Assembly (NCBI GenBank): GCA_035387745.1 | Contig: DAOOON010000033.1 | Location: 1 to 7,068 of the forward strand | Direction: 5' to 3' | Length of the DNA: 7,068 nt | From: an archaeon | GTDB taxonomy: Archaea > Iainarchaeota > Iainarchaeia > Iainarchaeales > CSSED10-239 | Shown here: one piece after another, positions 1-4,516 of the stretch | Position numbering within the stretch: the stretch's first letter is position 1 | Layout: each line of letters starts with the position of its first letter | Position numbers and translations under genes: made by a program | Notes under the pieces: model-generated | What the model saw: only the letters and a program-made list of their open reading frames with translations | Told to the model about the DNA's origin: nothing | The model's database searches: none

Positions 1-1319
1 TGCACCTCAAATAATTCTTGTATAATACTAATAATATTTATCATTATTATTATAAAACCATATATCAACAACAGAAAAATAATTGGCAGAATATAACTTG
101 AATCTAATTTGTGATTTGTATACTTAAAAGACAGGCCCATAAAGTATATTGAAACCAATAAAGAGACAAATAAGATTATGATAATTGAATTAACATTTAA
201 AATGTTTGATAAATTAATAGTAATGTCCCCCCAAACAATACCATATTGAATAAAATTTAATAGATGATAATAAGAATATTCAATAAAATTTGCAATAATA
301 TTATAAGCAGATCTAAAAATTAAAGCCATACTCATAATTAATATAAATAAAGAATAGGGCAGATAATAACCAAAGATACCCAACTTTTTATTAAATAAAA
401 AAGACAAATATCTATTTGTGGTATCGATTCCCCCTCTTGCCCATCTTATTCTTTGTATATAATATTTCTTCCAAGTATTCGGGACATCGGTCTTCGCTTT
501 TGCATCAACCACAAAATGGATAGTTTTCCCTCTATCGATTAATTTATATGCTAGATCTTTGTCTTCTGTAATATTGTGCTCGTTGTAACCACCAACTGCT
601 AGAAAATCCTTTCTTTTAAATAAGCATAAAGCGCCGGTTCCAATATCTAATGACCCCATTGATGTTAATACCATTCTGGGTAACCCAAAACTAAAATTAT
701 ATTCTATGGCCTGAATCTTTTCAACAAATTTTTTTGTATTTGTTACTCCGATTACTCCCACAACAATACCAACATTCCCTTTTAAAGAACCAGTCATCTT
801 CATTAATGCGTCTTTTTCTGGGAGGGTGTCTCCATCAACTTCAAAAATGTTTTCTTCGGTTATGTGCTTTAGGCCTTGGTTTATGATTACTGACTTTAGA
901 TTCTTCTTACTTTTTAAAAAATATTTCTTGTCAATTAGTATAGGCTTTACTTGTTTATCTTTTTTTAAGAATGTACATGTGCCATCTGTAATAACATAAA
1001 TATTAAATGGAATAGGATATTTTAATTTTTTTAATTGGTTTATTGTTTTCTTTATCGGTGTCCAATTACCAAAAGCATATGTTACAACTGCAACAGTTGG
1101 CGGGTTTTCTGGAAATGGCTCTGCTTTTGAAATTTCAGAATATTTTTTAGAAATAAGTATAGACAATATCAAAAAATAAAAATAAACAGCCAAAATAAAC
1201 AATTGAAGATAAACGCTTATGGCTTTTACAAAGATAGTGAAAGACAAAATAATTAGAATGACCAATATATAAAATAATTTTCGTTTTAAAAATGATTTTA
1301 TATTATTTAAGAATGCCAT
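1..1319 (-). CDS. Family-2 (GT-A fold) membrane-embedded processive glycosyltransferase; C-terminus cut off by the window edge
   Basis: Absent from the ORF track because it has no stop in the window. Translating the minus strand from ATG 1319..1317 gives 439 uninterrupted codons down to position 3 (checked triplet by triplet), with an in-frame TAA 21 nt upstream of the ATG. The product starts MAFLNNIKSFLKRKLFYILVILIIL and has two N-terminal hydrophobic helices. It carries the processive GT2 signature: VAVVTYAF/YVITDG, DxD-type VDGDT (825..839), TEDKDL (555..569) and QRIRWARGG, i.e. Q(R/Q)xRW (432..455). Several C-terminal hydrophobic helices follow. Confidence 0.85.
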   Translation of the reverse strand, partial: MAFLNNIKSFLKRKLFYILVILIILSFTIFVKAISVYLQLFILAVYFYFLILSILISKKYSEISKAEPFPENPPTVAVVTYAFGNWTPIKKTINQLKKLKYPIPFNIYVITDGTCTFLKKDKQVKPILIDKKYFLKSKKNLKSVIINQGLKHITEENIFEVDGDTLPEKDALMKMTGSLKGNVGIVVGVIGVTNTKKFVEKIQAIEYNFSFGLPRMVLTSMGSLDIGTGALCLFKRKDFLAVGGYNEHNITEDKDLAYKLIDRGKTIHFVVDAKAKTDVPNTWKKYYIQRIRWARGGIDTTNRYLSFLFNKKLGIFGYYLPYSLFILIMSMALIFRSAYNIIANFIEYSYYHLLNFIQYGIVWGDITINLSNILNVNSIIIILFVSLLVSIYFMGLSFKYTNHKLDSSYILPIIFLLLIYGFIIIMINIISIIQELFEV

Positions 1320-1342
1320 ATTTTTCAGAATATCAAAAATTT

Positions 1343-1358
1343 AAAAAAAGAAATAAAA
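1343..1358 (-). terminator. Oligo-T tract downstream of Alba (possible archaeal intrinsic terminator)
   Basis: The minus strand reads TTTTATTTCTTTTTTT immediately after the Alba TAA stop. Archaeal RNA polymerase terminates at oligo-T runs. A TTTAAATT TATA-like element follows about 26 nt upstream of the GT2 ATG. This is sequence pattern only. Confidence 0.3.
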
Positions 1359-1637
1359 TTATTTATTTAATTTTATTTCGATTGCTGACACTTTCATAGG
1401 GGTATTATTTTCTGTAGTTATCTCTTCTGTTGAAATAACTATGTCAGATACCTTTACTGTATTAACAAATTTGTTCTTCACAATCTCTGCAACATCAACG
1501 GCTTTAGAAATTGTCTTTCCTCTTGCTTTGATCATAACAGTATCTGTGCCTTGATTGAATTGTGTTATAACTGCTAATACATATGACATTGTACCTTTTT
1601 TTCCGATGTATATTGTATTTCCTTCCATTTCGCTCAT
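1359..1637 (-). CDS. albA: Alba (Sac10b family) archaeal chromatin / DNA-RNA-binding protein
   Basis: The 92-aa product matches the Alba family along its whole length: NTIYIGKKGTMSYVLAVITQFNQG...IKARGKTISKAVDVAEIVKNKF...IEIKL. A strong Shine-Dalgarno sits 5 nt upstream and the stop is TAA. Confidence 0.95.
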   Translation of the reverse strand: MSEMEGNTIYIGKKGTMSYVLAVITQFNQGTDTVMIKARGKTISKAVDVAEIVKNKFVNTVKVSDIVISTEEITTENNTPMKVSAIEIKLNK

Positions 1638-1642
1638 TGTAT

Positions 1643-1652
1643 ATCATCCCCC
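1643..1652 (-). promoter_or_regulatory. Shine-Dalgarno site for Alba
   Basis: The minus strand reads GGGGGATGAT, complementary to the archaeal 16S rRNA 3' end consensus, with 5 nt spacing to ATG 1637..1635. Confidence 0.6.
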
Positions 1653-1729
1653 TTTAATAGATGTATTATTGAATTATATATTTATTTAAACAAAATGTTT
1701 AAAAACAGGCATTTTTATATATTTATATT
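1653..1729. promoter_or_regulatory. AT-rich divergent promoter region between Alba and the 1743 gene, with TATA-like boxes
   Basis: TTTATTTAAA (1681..1690) and TTTTTATATATTTATAT (about 1712..1728) resemble the archaeal TATA consensus TTTAWATA and can be read on either strand. No transcription start site data are available. Confidence 0.3.
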
Positions 1730-1735
1730 GGAGGT
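1730..1735 (+). promoter_or_regulatory. Shine-Dalgarno site for the 1743 CDS
   Basis: GGAGGT lies 7 nt upstream of ATG 1743. This supports the internal start over the track start at 1695. Confidence 0.6.
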
Positions 1736-1742
1736 AATTACT

Positions 1743-2165
1743 ATGCCTAGTATTGAAGTACATTGTGCAATTTCAAAAAAAAGAACAGGGGAAAGTTTTA
1801 AAGAACTACATGAATGGATTGATGAACCCGGAACTTTAAAAGGAGCAGAACATAGACTTGATAGACACAGATATACAGAAGAAGATAGAGATTATATTAA
1901 GAAAATATGGGATCTTAAACTTGGTGCGGGTGGCGGAAACAAAGCCATAGTTGAATGGTTATTTCACATTGCTATGGACTATATGGATGTTGGATTTAAA
2001 ATGTCAAATACTATTTATGAAAATAATCAAAACAATGTATTTATGTTTGGATTTAATAATGAAGGAAACATACATACAACATTTGGTACGATAGATAAGA
2101 CAGAATTAAACAAAATTTCAGAAAGCTATCTTTATGACCCAAATGCAGACTTTGAATATTATTAA
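1743..2165 (+). CDS. Small conserved-looking hypothetical protein (140 aa) with a His/Asp-rich N-terminal motif
   Basis: The track ORF is 1695..2165. I prefer the start at M17 (MPSIEVHCAIS...) because of the GGAGGT site upstream, and because the 16 extra residues (MFKNRHFYIFILEVIT) look like AT-rich noise. The N-terminal half shows the pattern H-x3-S-x11-H-x-W-x-D-x9-HR-x3-H, followed by VEWLFHIAMD. The stop is TAA. Function is unknown. Confidence 0.7.
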   Translation: MPSIEVHCAISKKRTGESFKELHEWIDEPGTLKGAEHRLDRHRYTEEDRDYIKKIWDLKLGAGGGNKAIVEWLFHIAMDYMDVGFKMSNTIYENNQNNVFMFGFNNEGNIHTTFGTIDKTELNKISESYLYDPNADFEYY

Positions 2166-3364
2166 ATTATTTTTTTTATTTTTTTCAAAGTTTCTGCTAA
2201 TTTTTCTATTTCTTCTTTTGTGTTATAGAAATAAAATGAGGCCCTAACAAGCCCATCTTTATTAAATCTCGAAACAATTGGCTCTGCACAATGCATACCT
2301 GCACGCGTTGCAATGTTACCATATTCGTCAAGAAGAGAAGAAAGCTCTCTTGATTTTATGCCTTTTAAATCGAAAAGGACAATTGAACCTTGCTTTTTAG
2401 AATCGCAAGGATTGTAAAGTTTTAAACCTGGAATATTATTTAATTTGTCAAACGCATAATCTGTTAAAATCTTATCTTGTCTTTCAATATTATCCATTCC
2501 CACTTTTTTTAAATAATCAATTGCAGCTAGTGTCCCAAAGGCACCAGCAATGTTTGGCGTTCCTGCTTCGAATTTATTTGGCAAATCATTCCAGGTTGAT
2601 CTTTGTAAAGTAACGTGCTCAATCATATCCCCACCAAATCTTACCGGAGAAAATTTTTCAAGAAGTTTTTCTTTACCAATCAACACGCCAACACCTGTAG
2701 GCCCAAGCATCTTATGCATTGTACAAACAAAGAAATCAATATTTAATTTTTTAAAATCGATTTTTCTGTGTGGTGCAGACTGAGAACCATCAACACACAC
2801 TAAAATGTTTTTTTCTTTTGCAATATCTACAACCTCTTTAATAGGAGCAATAACTGCTGTGGTGTTTGAGATGTGCGCTATAGTTATTAGCTTTGTTTTA
2901 TTTGTTATTTTCTTTTTAAAATCAGAAAGATTTAAGGTATAGTCTTTATTGATCTCTGCAAATTTTAATTTCAAACCAAGCTTTTGAGAAAGAAACTGCC
3001 AAGGCACAAGGTTTGCGTGGTGCTCATAGACTGTTGTTAAAATCTCGTCTCCTTTCTTGAAATAATTGCTATTGTATAGCATATACATTATGACATTAAG
3101 AGAATCAGTACTGTTATGAGTCAATATAACTTCTCTAGGAGAACAATTAAAAAATTTAGAAAGATCTGTGTGACAATCCTCATAAGCAATGCTTGCTTCT
3201 TGAGATAATTTGTAAACTCCTCTATGAATATTAACTGGGCAATTTCTATAATAATAATCTATGGCTTTAATTACAGAAAGAGGTTTAAAACTTGTTGCAG
3301 CATTATCTAAATATGTTGTTTTGTTTAATATTGGAAAGTCTTTTCGATATTTTTCTAAATTCAT
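2162..3364 (-). CDS. sufS: Cysteine desulfurase, SufS/CsdA-type (group II, class V PLP aminotransferase fold)
   Basis: MNLEKYRKDFPILNKTTYLDNAATSFKP is the canonical SufS N-terminus. The PLP-lysine motif is CTMHKMLGPTGVGVL (Lys codon 2711..2713). The group II active-site motif is TRAGMHCAEP (Cys codon 2288..2290). I place the start at ATG 3364..3362 (400 aa) rather than the track start at 3565, because the 67-aa extension is low-complexity and hydrophobic and overlaps rpl44e on the opposite strand. Confidence 0.9.
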   Translation of the reverse strand: MNLEKYRKDFPILNKTTYLDNAATSFKPLSVIKAIDYYYRNCPVNIHRGVYKLSQEASIAYEDCHTDLSKFFNCSPREVILTHNSTDSLNVIMYMLYNSNYFKKGDEILTTVYEHHANLVPWQFLSQKLGLKLKFAEINKDYTLNLSDFKKKITNKTKLITIAHISNTTAVIAPIKEVVDIAKEKNILVCVDGSQSAPHRKIDFKKLNIDFFVCTMHKMLGPTGVGVLIGKEKLLEKFSPVRFGGDMIEHVTLQRSTWNDLPNKFEAGTPNIAGAFGTLAAIDYLKKVGMDNIERQDKILTDYAFDKLNNIPGLKLYNPCDSKKQGSIVLFDLKGIKSRELSSLLDEYGNIATRAGMHCAEPIVSRFNKDGLVRASFYFYNTKEEIEKLAETLKKIKKII

Positions 3365-3495
3365 GTGTTTTTCACGTTTACCTCTTGAAATTAATATATA
3401 GGCAATCTTTTTAAATAAATATGGGACAATATATATTATATAGAGTAAGCTAAAAAAGGACTCTTTTTTTAATATTTCTAAAAAAATGATTATAT
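3365..3495. promoter_or_regulatory. AT-rich divergent intergenic region between sufS and rpl44e, with TATA-like elements
   Basis: The region contains several TTTAAATA / TATATATT-type elements on both strands. TTTAATAT lies about 27 nt upstream of the rpl44e ATG. This is pattern only. Confidence 0.25.
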
Positions 3496-3780
3496 ATGAA
3501 GATACCAAAGCAAATAAAGACATACTGTAGAAAATGTAAAAAACACCAGCCACATAAGCTTTCACAATACAAATCTAGAGGCGCAAGAACCTTGGCCGTA
3601 GGTACTAGAAAAAATGTTAGAAAGCACAAAAAAGGTTATGGTGGAATGGCAAAGCACATTGCAACAGTTAAAAAGCAGAATAAAAAACCAGTGTTTACTG
3701 CGGAATGCTCTGTATGTAAAGCAAAGCATTACTATGTTATTCCAAAGAAAATGAAAAAAACAGAATTTAAGACCGACTAA
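3496..3780 (+). CDS. rpl44e: 50S ribosomal protein L44e (eL42)
   Basis: The 94-aa basic protein starts MKIPKQIKTYCRKCKKHQPHKLSQYK and contains GYGG. It has the four-Cys zinc ribbon C11/C14 and C71/C74 (CSVCKAK) typical of L44e. The stop is TAA. Confidence 0.95.
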   Translation: MKIPKQIKTYCRKCKKHQPHKLSQYKSRGARTLAVGTRKNVRKHKKGYGGMAKHIATVKKQNKKPVFTAECSVCKAKHYYVIPKKMKKTEFKTD

Positions 3781-3784
3781 AGTC

Positions 3785-3803
3785 TTTATTTTTCTGTTTC
3801 TTT
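3785..3803 (+). terminator. T-rich tract downstream of rpl44e (possible terminator)
   Basis: TTTATTTTTCTGTTTCTTT begins 5 nt after the rpl44e stop, which fits archaeal oligo-T termination. Confidence 0.3.
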
Positions 3804-3807
3804 AGTA

Positions 3808-3837
3808 TTTTTAAATTCATCTATAATATATTTATAG
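3808..3837 (+). promoter_or_regulatory. TATA-like elements upstream of the membrane-protein/ATPase gene pair
   Basis: TTTTTAAATT (3808..3817) is centred about 27 nt upstream of ATG 3839, consistent with a leaderless or short-leader transcript. A second element, TATAATATATTTATAG, follows. Confidence 0.3.
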
Positions 3838-3838
3838 T

Positions 3839-4513
3839 ATGAAATTTGATACAATATATAAATTTGTAGCCGCTAGTTTGGCTATAGCTTATTTTATTGG
3901 ATTGCTTGTGGGACTTGTTGTTTTTAATTTTAATATTAGAAATTATCAAGAAACAGATATCACTAGATCTTTTTATTTCTCTGGACAAATTAGTTTTAGC
4001 GAAGTCTTTTCAGAGACGCTAGAAAGTTCTTTTAAAATCGCTATATTGCCTTTTTCTTTTATTATTATTGGAACTAAAACAGGATTTACGCATGCAACAT
4101 ATATATTGTCACCATTTTTAGGGCAAATTAAACTTGCAACTCTTTTAATCCCTGCTATTTTTTATTTTATAACTTATATTATTTTGTCTGCTATTGGAAT
4201 AAAATTGTTTGCTACAATAATTATATTTTTTGTAAACAAAATACTTAAAAAAGAAAAAAAACAAATTATAAAAACAAAATTATTACAGAAAGACGATATC
4301 TTTTTATTATATGTTGCGATTGTCTCGATAATTATTGGGGCAATAATACAAGTATATCTTTCTAGAATATTTTTTATATTTTTGATTAATCTTCAACTTA
4401 TAACTTATATTCTAATTATAATTATATATCTTGGAATTATTATAGTTTCTTTTACTATACTTTATAATATAATTAAATCAGTTATTGGAAATAATAAACA
4501 AAAATTATGGTAA
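3839..4513 (+). CDS. Polytopic integral membrane protein of unknown family (224 aa)
   Basis: By eye there are about 5-6 hydrophobic helices, for example FVAASLAIAYFIGLLVGLVVFNF, LATLLIPAIFYFITYIILSAIG, IFLLYVAIVSIIIGAIIQVYL and ITYILIIIIYLGIIIVSFTILY. A Lys-rich loop (KILKKEKKQIIKTKLLQKDD) lies in the middle. The TAA stop at 4511..4513 is 3 nt before the ATPase ATG, and both genes share one frame. Confidence 0.75.
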   Translation: MKFDTIYKFVAASLAIAYFIGLLVGLVVFNFNIRNYQETDITRSFYFSGQISFSEVFSETLESSFKIAILPFSFIIIGTKTGFTHATYILSPFLGQIKLATLLIPAIFYFITYIILSAIGIKLFATIIIFFVNKILKKEKKQIIKTKLLQKDDIFLLYVAIVSIIIGAIIQVYLSRIFFIFLINLQLITYILIIIIYLGIIIVSFTILYNIIKSVIGNNKQKLW

Positions 4514-4516
4514 AAT

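Noticed and set aside
1695-1742. Upstream ATG (1695) as the start of the small His-rich protein
   Set aside because: No ribosome-binding site precedes 1695, whereas GGAGGT sits 7 nt upstream of ATG 1743. The extra 16 residues are AT-rich filler overlapping the TATA-like elements. Some uncertainty remains.
2550-2783. Plus-strand 77-aa ORF
   Set aside because: It is entirely antisense to the well-supported SufS CDS, covering the region around the PLP-lysine motif. It has no ribosome-binding site and no recognisable motif, so I treat it as a shadow ORF.
3453-3473. A-run/T-run palindrome (AAAAAAGGACTCTTTTTTT) as a hairpin terminator or small RNA
   Set aside because: The stem would be purely A:T and weak. 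It lies upstream of both divergent genes, so it cannot be a terminator. It is most simply AT-rich promoter-region sequence.
3365-3565. 67-aa N-terminal extension of the SufS ORF (track start at 3565)
   Set aside because: The extension is hydrophobic low-complexity sequence, overlaps rpl44e by 70 nt on the opposite strand and covers the divergent promoter region. MNLEKYRKDFPIL at 3364 matches the canonical SufS N-terminus.
4511-4513. TAA between the membrane ORF and ATPase ORF as a reassigned sense codon or alternative genetic code
   Set aside because: All five complete CDSs in the window (Alba, the His-rich protein, SufS, L44e and the membrane protein) terminate with TAA at positions that give normal-length products. 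TAA is therefore clearly a stop codon here.
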